Below are positions 56,555-64,000 of a DNA stretch of 64,000 nt, in pieces. The notes beneath the pieces were generated by a model, which was not told the origin of the DNA, did no database searches, and saw only the letters and a program-made list of their open reading frames with translations. Each line of letters starts with the position of its first letter. Within the stretch, counting starts at the first letter, position 1. The translations under genes and the position numbers were made by a program. The stretch is from IMG/VR virus record IMGVR_UViG_3300043449_002710, positions 1 to 64,000 of that record. One strand, written 5' to 3'.

Positions 56555-57451
56555 TTAAAAGCCATTGGCATTGAAAGCGTTCAGCAAAGTCGCAAAGGAA
56601 TTGGCATTCAACTGCGGCGTCATAGAATAAACCGTGAAATTGGCTGACCACGAGTTCACGGTATTGGGATTGCTTGAGTCATCTAAAAACTGGACCGTGA
56701 CCTGGGGGTCAAAGAAACCCGTGAGTGTGATGGCTGGGAAAATCCTCGACCGATACAAGATATGGATCACGTTGGCTTCACCTTTGGCGGTAAGCTTTGG
56801 CTGATCCACGAGCTGTAGAAACTTATAGAAGTCGCTTAGGCCAGGGGCGATCTTGAGCTGATCTGCTGTCCGATCTTTCCAAAGCTTATCGGGATTGGAG
56901 ACATCATCGACGGTAGGCAAGATGGACCCCGTTTGAAACTGAAAGGTCAGCTTCGGGTCGTCATAATCAGAATTTCGGTATGAGTCGCGGTACACGTGAA
57001 GAACGCTACCTGACTTGTTCTTGGCCTCAGATCCCCTCTGGGAGATGCTCCATTGCACGCTTTTGGGGTTTGTGGACCAGACGATGCTCTTTTCCCCCAA
57101 CGCTTTGCTAGCGTTAATCGTGGTGATTTGATCGGCTGTCGCGTTAAAAAAGTTTATCCCACCGTAATTGGTGATGTCTTCAAAAGTAGCAAAGATCCAA
57201 GGTTCGCGCCTGACATAGTAAGGGCTTCTCGTGCCATTGGAGGCCTCATCCATTAAATTTTTCCTGGCAGTCTTGGCTTCGAGGCTTTCGGCAATCGCCT
57301 CGAATTGCGATTGACCTACATTCACGATCCTAGGCTTCTCAGGGTTGCTCAGGCCGAAGAACGAGGAGATCTCCGAGACTTTCCCCTGGCTGATCATCTT
57401 TTGCCAGTCGCCAGTGGCAACACTTACGTCAAGAGGTTTGGTTTCCGCCAT
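56555..57451 (-). CDS. putative tail-tube initiator/baseplate protein
   Basis: NPKSVQW...LTFQFQTG...LTGFF...WSANFTV pattern typical of tube-like folds. Confidence 0.55.
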   Translation of the reverse strand: MAETKPLDVSVATGDWQKMISQGKVSEISSFFGLSNPEKPRIVNVGQSQFEAIAESLEAKTARKNLMDEASNGTRSPYYVRREPWIFATFEDITNYGGINFFNATADQITTINASKALGEKSIVWSTNPKSVQWSISQRGSEAKNKSGSVLHVYRDSYRNSDYDDPKLTFQFQTGSILPTVDDVSNPDKLWKDRTADQLKIAPGLSDFYKFLQLVDQPKLTAKGEANVIHILYRSRIFPAITLTGFFDPQVTVQFLDDSSNPNTVNSWSANFTVYSMTPQLNANSFATLLNAFNANGF

Positions 57452-57544
57452 GTCTTAAATAATAAACCCCAAAGACCAAAATTTTTGCGAGCTTTTAGTA
57501 AATTAAAATTCACCGCCACAATGGCGGATAAAAGGAGAAATAAA

Positions 57545-57748
57545 ATGCCTGCAAAAAAGAAAACAACTAAGGCCAAGACCAAAAAAACCGCTGCTAAAAC
57601 CAAAGCTACGAAAGCCACAAAAGTTAAGAAAGCTACAAAAGCTAAAGCTAAGGCCAAGACCAAAGCTAAAGCTCCTCGCGCCAAGCGGGCTATCAAAAAG
57701 GCTGCTGTTGCGCCTATGGTGTCTGCTTGTGAAGCGACAACCGCTTAA
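57545..57748 (+). CDS. histone H1-like Lys/Ala-rich DNA-binding protein
   Basis: MPAKKKTTKAKTKK... repeats; AAGGAG RBS; terminator after. Confidence 0.8.
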   Translation: MPAKKKTTKAKTKKTAAKTKATKATKVKKATKAKAKAKTKAKAPRAKRAIKKAAVAPMVSACEATTA

Positions 57749-57760
57749 TTTAAGGTTTTG

Positions 57761-57790
57761 AGGTGCGGGGGCTTTTAGGCCCCCGTGCTC
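57761..57790. terminator. hairpin between convergent genes
   Basis: GCGGGGGC-TTTTAG-GCCCCCGT. Confidence 0.65.
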
Positions 57791-59476
57791 TTAGTAGTGA
57801 CTCGTGGCCTTATAGATCGACTCTAAGAACCACTCTGGGAAATGCTGTCTTGCTCGGTTCATGAAAGGCAAAAACCCGGGGTCGATAAAATAGGTCGTGG
57901 CAAAATCGGTTTCAGATCTCACCCCTCGCCCGGGAGATTGCACCACGGTCATAGCGGTTCGGTAACTGTACCAATGGGGGTTGGCTTCCATCCGCGCTTT
58001 TACCACCGGGTTATTCATTGGCAGATAAGGAACCTTGCACAAAACAGCGAAACGGCAGAGATCTTCCTTCAAATCGACTCCTTCGGTCATACTCGGAGAA
58101 AGAAGGACCGTGTCGGTGGATCGTTCGTGTTCTCGAAGCATCGCGTTTTGTTCGGATGCGTTCTTAGGGTAAAGAAACCTTCTGCCGTATTTTGGACCTA
58201 GCTTTTCTCGGATCGCTTCGGCGATAGCGTAGGTATGGGTATGGATAATCCCTCGTTCATTGGGATGCCGCGCTAAGATCTCATCGATTCTAGCCAAGAG
58301 GTTGGGCATTTCGGACGACAGGTTTTGATAGTTCAAACCTCTAGCCCCGTTTCGCCACCAAAAATAGATGGGGCGGTTCTTGGCTGGAAAAGGGGAATCC
58401 AAACTAAACCAGCCTGTGGTCTCTGGATCAATTCCAATCATTGAGCAAAATCCTTCTCGCGACAGCAAGGTGGCCGAAAGAAACAGAGTAGGAAATTCAA
58501 AAGTGTTTTTGAAAATCGCGTGAACCTGAAGGGGTTTGATCTCAACCTTGTCTAGTTTGTTCTTTTCTGGGCAACTCACATATTGAATTCCAGAATTGAT
58601 GTTACTCAAGGTAAGCCTGAGCTTTTGCTGCAAGCTCTCTAACCGTTTGTATTTTTTCGAATTGCGATCCTGGGGTGGAACTTGGGCCTCAAACTCCATG
58701 TCTGACTCTAGAGACTGCTGAAGTTTTTTCATCCCTCCAATGACAGCCTCGATGTCTTCGATATCCGTGAAGTATCGCTCAAAACGGTGATCAATCGCGG
58801 ACAAAGTTCTGGCATCAATCGAGACAGAGGCTTCTCCGTCTAAGGCGTTTTCAATCCCATGCCCTTCGTCGTAGATGATGAGCAAAGGTTTTGGAAAAGA
58901 TCCGTTACGCAACAAGGTAAGCGCTTTGGCTGCATTTAAAAGAAGAATGGGAGCATTTTTGGCTGCCTCAGTCACCTGATCGTACTCACAAGCGCGAGAG
59001 CAATATTCAGGTGGTTTCCATTGGGTTTTTTTGTCGGGGGCTCGTAAGCGTGCGCAGCGGGATTGTCCGCAGCTCGCATCGTCGTGATAGCAGCGGTAGT
59101 TATCCAAGCCGCGCAGATCAAACAAGTCTTTTTCGAAGTCGCGGTTATATTGGTCCTGCAGCATTTTGTTCTGGGTGATAATCCAGATCTGAAAACCTTC
59201 TGGCGGATCGGGCAGTTCTTGCGCCAAGGAGATAATAGATTTGGCAATCCCCACCGCCATAGGGCTTTTGCCGGTGCCTGTCGGAGAGTCGATTCCAAAG
59301 TAGCTCGCTTTAAAACCGTCTTTGAAAATCTGTTTCAGCCAAGGTGCGACCGCTTCAAACGCATCAAGCTGTCCTGGGCGAATGCTCGGAAAGGGAAAGT
59401 TCTCTCTCAAATGCTTCAGAATCAATTCGTTTGTCATCATGCACCGAAGGTAAACGATGCGATGCGCTTTCTCCAA
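57791..59476 (-). CDS. DinG/XPD-like ATP-dependent helicase
   Basis: RPGQ, PTGTGKS, Fe-S Cys cluster, DEGH, LSATL, EGVD and QSPGRGVRS. Confidence 0.9.
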   Translation of the reverse strand: MEKAHRIVYLRCMMTNELILKHLRENFPFPSIRPGQLDAFEAVAPWLKQIFKDGFKASYFGIDSPTGTGKSPMAVGIAKSIISLAQELPDPPEGFQIWIITQNKMLQDQYNRDFEKDLFDLRGLDNYRCYHDDASCGQSRCARLRAPDKKTQWKPPEYCSRACEYDQVTEAAKNAPILLLNAAKALTLLRNGSFPKPLLIIYDEGHGIENALDGEASVSIDARTLSAIDHRFERYFTDIEDIEAVIGGMKKLQQSLESDMEFEAQVPPQDRNSKKYKRLESLQQKLRLTLSNINSGIQYVSCPEKNKLDKVEIKPLQVHAIFKNTFEFPTLFLSATLLSREGFCSMIGIDPETTGWFSLDSPFPAKNRPIYFWWRNGARGLNYQNLSSEMPNLLARIDEILARHPNERGIIHTHTYAIAEAIREKLGPKYGRRFLYPKNASEQNAMLREHERSTDTVLLSPSMTEGVDLKEDLCRFAVLCKVPYLPMNNPVVKARMEANPHWYSYRTAMTVVQSPGRGVRSETDFATTYFIDPGFLPFMNRARQHFPEWFLESIYKATSHY

Positions 59477-59499
59477 AGAAATTAATTTGACGCTATGAG

Positions 59500-59835
59500 C
59501 TAAGTTCGTAAGACCTTGGAAACGGTCGGGTATTCTTCTAAGGATGACTTAGTGGCGTGCGGTAGTTTATTGCGTAACCGTTCTGGGATTTTTTTGAGAA
59601 CATCCCAGTCACGTAAAGTGAAGGCTTGAAAAAGAGTCAGCAGCGTATAGATATCTTCTCCTTTCACTTCTGTTTTAGGTAAGACTTTTTTAAGATCGTC
59701 TTCTAAGGCTTTCAAAAAATTAGGATATCTTTCGCCTTCACTACTTAATTTGTCGTTAAAAATTTCTTTAAAATTGGGCTCTTTAGCGTTGGCTAGGGCG
59801 TATTCGACCAAGTTTTTAAGCTTCTGTATATTCAT
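59500..59835 (-). CDS. hypothetical protein with the C-terminal tag YPTVSKVL
   Basis: ORF carrying the tag motif. Confidence 0.7.
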   Translation of the reverse strand: MNIQKLKNLVEYALANAKEPNFKEIFNDKLSSEGERYPNFLKALEDDLKKVLPKTEVKGEDIYTLLTLFQAFTLRDWDVLKKIPERLRNKLPHATKSSLEEYPTVSKVLRT

Positions 59836-59951
59836 ATTTTTTCTCTGCCCAATTTTTAGACGGCCTAGGAATAATTGTCCCAGGTTTCATATACTTAAAA
59901 ATAATTACTTTTTCTGTTGGTAGTAGAACTATTTATATTTATAATAGAAGC

Positions 59952-60536
59952 ATGATTAGATGGAAACCAGTTGTTCTACCGAATGTTCATGGCCAAGCTT
60001 ATACGGACAATTTGACTTACATGAACTCCAAGCAAACCCCTTCGCTGGCGCAGATTCAGGCCATGCCTAAAAAGACGCCTATCAGCTTCGTGGACGCTCT
60101 GAAACTGACCCGGTCGGAATTCAACAAGGTGACTTCCTCGGACTACACCCGAGATCAATACCGACAAGCTTTAAAGACCCTGATGGAAGATTGGACCGAT
60201 TGGCTTTCTAATCAAGGCTATCACGTGGAGTTGACAGGAACTGAGTACGAAGTGCTCGCAGATCCGATCGCTGAACTTGCTCAAGCTCAAGATGTTAAAC
60301 CGATCTGGATTCAAGTTTTATCACAAAAGATTTTGACCACCGACAAGCGCCCACCGATTCAATCTGCGCAATGGGTGGACTCAGATCATATCGAGCTGCG
60401 TTATGTGACGGGCGAGAAAGAAATCGCTCGGAAGCTTGTGGCTTCCGATGGTGTGATCTTTGTCCTTTCGAATCTTTTTTCTGAGCGTTTTCTAGGACAG
60501 TCTGAAGCCATCCAAGCCTTTAAGTGGGCTGCCTAA
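59952..60536 (+). CDS. hypothetical protein
   Basis: TATAAT 6 nt upstream of ATG (leaderless-like). Confidence 0.7.
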   Translation: MIRWKPVVLPNVHGQAYTDNLTYMNSKQTPSLAQIQAMPKKTPISFVDALKLTRSEFNKVTSSDYTRDQYRQALKTLMEDWTDWLSNQGYHVELTGTEYEVLADPIAELAQAQDVKPIWIQVLSQKILTTDKRPPIQSAQWVDSDHIELRYVTGEKEIARKLVASDGVIFVLSNLFSERFLGQSEAIQAFKWAA

Positions 60537-60656
60537 TGATTTCAGTCTATTTCGTTAAACGATTTGGAAGGAAGAAAGAGTGGCAGCAGATCGACCTGGC
60601 AATCAAAAAGTTTTCGGGGATCAAACCCTAAAGCGAAAGTTCAAGGGCTTGCTAAA

Positions 60657-60959
60657 TTAAGGAAGAATAAGCCCACTTTTTTTTACGCCCATTTTTTCTC
60701 GAAAGCCATCCAAGGTCTTCTCGATGGCGTCCATCGTTTCTGGTGAAAAAACATTTTCATCCGTGGAGGAAGCGACCTTGTAAAAGTAGTCATTAAAACC
60801 CTTGAGCATCGCAGCTTTGACAATCTCTGAAGTGCCGATTGGAATCTCCAGAAGCAGATCCTCGGTAGCGATTCCGTCCGCAGAATTGGAGAAGTTCACG
60901 ATCTTGATGTGCTCGATTTTTTTGGTTCTGTTCTGCTGCATAATAAAACCATAGCTCAA
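60657..60959 (-). CDS. hypothetical protein
   Basis: ORF only. Confidence 0.55.
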   Translation of the reverse strand: MSYGFIMQQNRTKKIEHIKIVNFSNSADGIATEDLLLEIPIGTSEIVKAAMLKGFNDYFYKVASSTDENVFSPETMDAIEKTLDGFREKMGVKKSGLILP

Positions 60960-61030
60960 TCTTTGGTTGACTTCTAGTCCATTTGGCTGTTCGTTTTGGT
61001 AAAAAGAGATCCTTTAGGGGGGGATATGAA

Positions 61031-61288
61031 ATGAAGAAACCTATTCAGAATCCAACAGCCAAGGTTGCAACCGTTGTAGATGTATCTCCACAAATTCTTC
61101 GCGAGTTTGCGGATCGCTTAGACCAAGCTGCAAAAGTCGCTCGCGTGAAACACGGATCTAATGTGCTGGTGGATTTTACGGATGAGATCACTTTCAGGTT
61201 TAATCCAGAAGTTCCCCTTTCCAAAATGATGAACGGATTCACCGATACAGAAGTAGTACAGCATCTCGATTTTGTGGAAGAGAAATAG
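61031..61288 (+). CDS. hypothetical protein
   Basis: GGGGG RBS-like element. Confidence 0.6.
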   Translation: MKKPIQNPTAKVATVVDVSPQILREFADRLDQAAKVARVKHGSNVLVDFTDEITFRFNPEVPLSKMMNGFTDTEVVQHLDFVEEK

Positions 61289-61375
61289 GGTAATCCTCTT
61301 AAAAATGGGGTAATTTGCTACTATGCGTTACCCTATTTAGTAATATCTTTAAGCGTTTCAACAACTTAAAAATCA

Positions 61376-61410
61376 TTGACTCTCGTTACATTTATATTTA
61401 TATTTATAAT
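61376..61410 (+). promoter_or_regulatory. early-type promoter with ATTTAT repeats
   Basis: TTGACT followed by ATTTATATTTATATTTATAAT, upstream of a run of small genes. Confidence 0.7.
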
Positions 61411-61413
61411 AAT

Positions 61414-61620
61414 ATGAAGAATGTTTTGCAAATTGATGACGTTTTTACTCCAGAACAACTGCAGTTGGCTTCAAAACTTCAGACTGCGAATCTTATTTAC
61501 GAACAGCTCACCAAGCCGTACATCGAGCAGATCAACGAAAAAACCCAGCAAGAAAACGACCCCAAGTATTGGGCTTACCTTTTGGAGTCGGTCTTTTATT
61601 TTCAAGGGAGGAAAAAATGA
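61414..61620 (+). CDS. small hypothetical protein
   Basis: First gene of a small-ORF operon. Confidence 0.65.
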   Translation: MKNVLQIDDVFTPEQLQLASKLQTANLIYEQLTKPYIEQINEKTQQENDPKYWAYLLESVFYFQGRKK

Positions 61621-61844
61621 GCTTTCTTCGAATCTATGTCAAAAACCCTCGGGAATGGGCAGCCAGGATGTGGGATTCTTATGGGTTCGACTACGACATG
61701 GAAAATTTTGGAACCAACTCGGTTTACGCTTGGCCGTTGGAAGGATCGGATCTTTCCGAACTGAAGACTGCGCTTGATGCAGACGGCATCGACTATGACG
61801 ATACCGTGGATATTTACTTTGGGGGCAAGAATGTCGCAGGATGA
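61617..61844 (+). CDS. small acidic hypothetical protein
   Basis: GGAGG RBS and ATGA overlap. Confidence 0.7.
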   Translation: MSFLRIYVKNPREWAARMWDSYGFDYDMENFGTNSVYAWPLEGSDLSELKTALDADGIDYDDTVDIYFGGKNVAG

Positions 61845-62064
61845 TCAGATTCAAGAATTGAAGGCCGTGCTCCAATGGATTATCGAGCGCATTGAGTTTG
61901 AGGCTGAAAAGTCTCGCAGCAGGCAGAAACCCGACTGGAAAAAAGCCGCGCACACGAGTCCGTGGAGGAGGCGTATGCGGCTATTTCAGTTGTGGAGGAG
62001 TGGGAAAAAATCCGCCGCCAATCCAGCGAATAGACTGAGTTTTTATCCTGAATTTTTTTGTTGA
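61831..62064 (+). CDS. small hypothetical protein
   Basis: GGGGG RBS. Confidence 0.5.
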   Translation: MSQDDQIQELKAVLQWIIERIEFEAEKSRSRQKPDWKKAAHTSPWRRRMRLFQLWRSGKKSAANPANRLSFYPEFFC

Positions 62065-62105
62065 TAAATATATTTATATTGATAATATCTTGATAAGGAG
62101 TCGCT

Positions 62106-62366
62106 ATGAGAAACAAAGCCTTTATTGAGTACGTTTTAAGCTTTTATGGTCCTGCTGGGATCTATGGGCGCGAGTTGATTTTTGGCGGGGGAGTTTCCGA
62201 AGAGGAAGTCGTGGCAGCCCTTAAAGTTCGGAAGAAGAACAAGAAGGTTCCTTTTGACGGGGACTCGTTGGATCGCGAGATTGTGCGCGATATCATGCTT
62301 TATCTCCGAGGCAAAAAACACGATCTAGAATATTCCATGAAGCCCTATTTTAGGGGCGCGAAATAA
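62106..62366 (+). CDS. hypothetical phage protein
   Basis: AAGGAG RBS; FIEYV.SFYG..GIY...FDGDS.DRE.VRD motif. Confidence 0.75.
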   Translation: MRNKAFIEYVLSFYGPAGIYGRELIFGGGVSEEEVVAALKVRKKNKKVPFDGDSLDREIVRDIMLYLRGKKHDLEYSMKPYFRGAK

Positions 62367-62379
62367 TCAGGGAGGAAAG

Positions 62380-62691
62380 ATGAAAAAATCATCGTTAAAA
62401 AAAATCATAAGGCTCAAGGCCGACTTCATCGTCCAAGCCGCCAAGATGGAAGGCATCGACCTCCCGCAGTATATGCGCCAGATCGACGAACTAGCCAACA
62501 AGGCACAGCAAATGCCTACCCGGGGCTTCAAGCAACGCGAGCGCAGAGACGCTGTTTACGCAGAGATTGATCAGAAGATCAAAAAACTCATTCTCCGCCT
62601 CGGTAACGCTGTGCTCGATTCTTATCATTTCTGCGGAGCCAACGAGGCGTTGTTGTCAGATGAACAAGTGAAAGAGCTTTTTGGGAAATGA
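62380..62691 (+). CDS. hypothetical protein
   Basis: GGAGG RBS. Confidence 0.7.
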   Translation: MKKSSLKKIIRLKADFIVQAAKMEGIDLPQYMRQIDELANKAQQMPTRGFKQRERRDAVYAEIDQKIKKLILRLGNAVLDSYHFCGANEALLSDEQVKELFGK

Positions 62692-63047
62692 CCATGAAGG
62701 TTTTTGTCTACAAGAACTTGAACAGAGATTGCTGGAGTATCCGCTCCGTGGAAAGCGGGCTTGTCGTTTCTTACCGGCATAAAGTTCTTCTGCGCGATTG
62801 CGTCTTCAAGGTCGGTGAAGGGGGTAGGCAAAGAGTCGTCAAACTCAAATCCAAGTTCGTTCATGCGGGGGTCCAAGGTTTTGTCACCACCTCGCAGGTT
62901 GAAGAAAAAAATTGGGTTCGGATCAATTACAATCCCTATAAGGGTCCTGACTTTTATGAAGTTGAAACTGGCAAACCGATTGTCTCAGCCAAGTTTGTTC
63001 AGTTCCGAGAAGATGGCGTTTATGCCATCGGTTTAGAGTGGAGGTAA
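62688..63047 (+). CDS. conserved phage protein (VY.NL...WS...GRQRV....K.VHA...YNPY family)
   Basis: Recognisable widespread phage motif set. Confidence 0.8.
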   Translation: MTMKVFVYKNLNRDCWSIRSVESGLVVSYRHKVLLRDCVFKVGEGGRQRVVKLKSKFVHAGVQGFVTTSQVEEKNWVRINYNPYKGPDFYEVETGKPIVSAKFVQFREDGVYAIGLEWR

Positions 63048-63185
63048 AATGTTTATTTTGCTGTTTTTCATACTTTTTTACGGAGCCCTTTTTGGAGTAG
63101 CCGTATTTCTTTGGGAAATTCATCCCATCCTCGGAATCATGTTCGCGATTTGGTTTTATCACGATTTGCAGAAGGGAAAGAAAAA

Positions 63186-63404
63186 ATGAAATACTATTGG
63201 GCTGTCGGATTGAACTTTGATTACGATATTCTGCTGCTCGAAGCAGGGGATGAACCCTCGTCTCAAGCGCACGCTTCGATCAAAGGCCCTTTTAAAAATC
63301 TCTCTGACGCAAAAAAACAAGTGAGGGAATGGATCTCTAGTGACCGAAGCCATCTTCAAGACCAGCTTGAAAACATTAACAGCCTAAAAAAAGATTCATT
63401 TTAA
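63186..63404 (+). CDS. hypothetical protein
   Basis: RBS-like purine run before the ATG. Confidence 0.55.
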   Translation: MKYYWAVGLNFDYDILLLEAGDEPSSQAHASIKGPFKNLSDAKKQVREWISSDRSHLQDQLENINSLKKDSF

Positions 63405-63749
63405 AGCTTCAAACTCTTCTTTAGGCAATCTAAAAAGCCTCAACAGGCTTTGAACCTTGATTGTGTACTTTCCAAAATCCGGGTGCGGCAGGTCGATCCA
63501 ATAAAAGACCAGAAGCTCTTGGGTCAGAGTCCTCAAATGCAATAATGCGCTTGGGTCGCACTCTGGGATTTTTGGAAATTGCGTGGGATACATCTCTTGG
63601 ATCTGAAGCGTGAGATCCAAAATATCGTAGCATTCGACAAATTTTTTGACTGGTTCTACTTTGTAACAAGACCGAATCAGGCCCATCGTATCTTGTTTTA
63701 AGTCCTTCAATATCGTCTTCTCATCCATGAGTTTGACAATCTGAGCCAT
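63396..63749 (-). CDS. hypothetical protein
   Basis: AGGAG and AGTAAA motifs upstream. Confidence 0.65.
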   Translation of the reverse strand: MAQIVKLMDEKTILKDLKQDTMGLIRSCYKVEPVKKFVECYDILDLTLQIQEMYPTQFPKIPECDPSALLHLRTLTQELLVFYWIDLPHPDFGKYTIKVQSLLRLFRLPKEEFEALK

Positions 63750-64000
63750 ATCTTCAATTTTTACTCCTACCTATTTTTAACAATAATCTGAAAACGGTAA
63801 AATCAAAGATAGACTCTTATTATCTAGGTTGAGGTGTGTACTTGTGCCGACCATCCATTTTAAAGATTGTTCCATTCAAGGGGATCTCGCGCAGGCGGTC
63901 TTGGACTTGGAACAACAAATTGGAGATATTGCCAAAGAACTGATCGAGCAGATTCAGTCTATCCCAGTGGACACGAGTTTGATCCCGTCTGGTCATGACA

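Noticed and set aside
1-64000. CRISPR array, rRNA, or stop-codon reassignment
   Set aside because: No repeat-spacer array or rRNA seen. Genes are long and intact under code 11, with TAA, TAG and TGA all used as stops.

Overview
This 64-kb window is part of a large tailed (jumbo-type) bacteriophage genome in standard code 11. It encodes a family-A DNA polymerase with an N-terminal UDG-like domain and a LAGLIDADG intein, an SbcC/Rad50 ATPase, SF2 and DinG helicases, a ligase-like nucleotidyltransferase, neck/baseplate/tail-fibre-like proteins and two tRNAs. It also carries a stand-alone TnpB, ADP-heptose/glycosyltransferase genes, an HD (p)ppGpp hydrolase and a ThiF/histidine-kinase cassette. 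The most striking feature is a pair of giant polyvalent-protein genes (1645 and 2451 aa, built from ART, GNAT, ParB, 2H, DEDDh, NUDIX and papain-like domains). Five small same-strand genes are nested inside them, all in the same shifted frame and grouped in four units. Each unit has its own sigma70-type promoter embedded in the host ORF, and three of the nested proteins are paralogues. A shared [YF][PS]x[LV][SAT][KEQ][VI]L peptide tag on many unrelated proteins, plus [VILT]x[AS][AS] motifs at polyprotein domain junctions, suggests a virion cargo-targeting and processing system. All family calls come from motif recognition by eye, not database searches.
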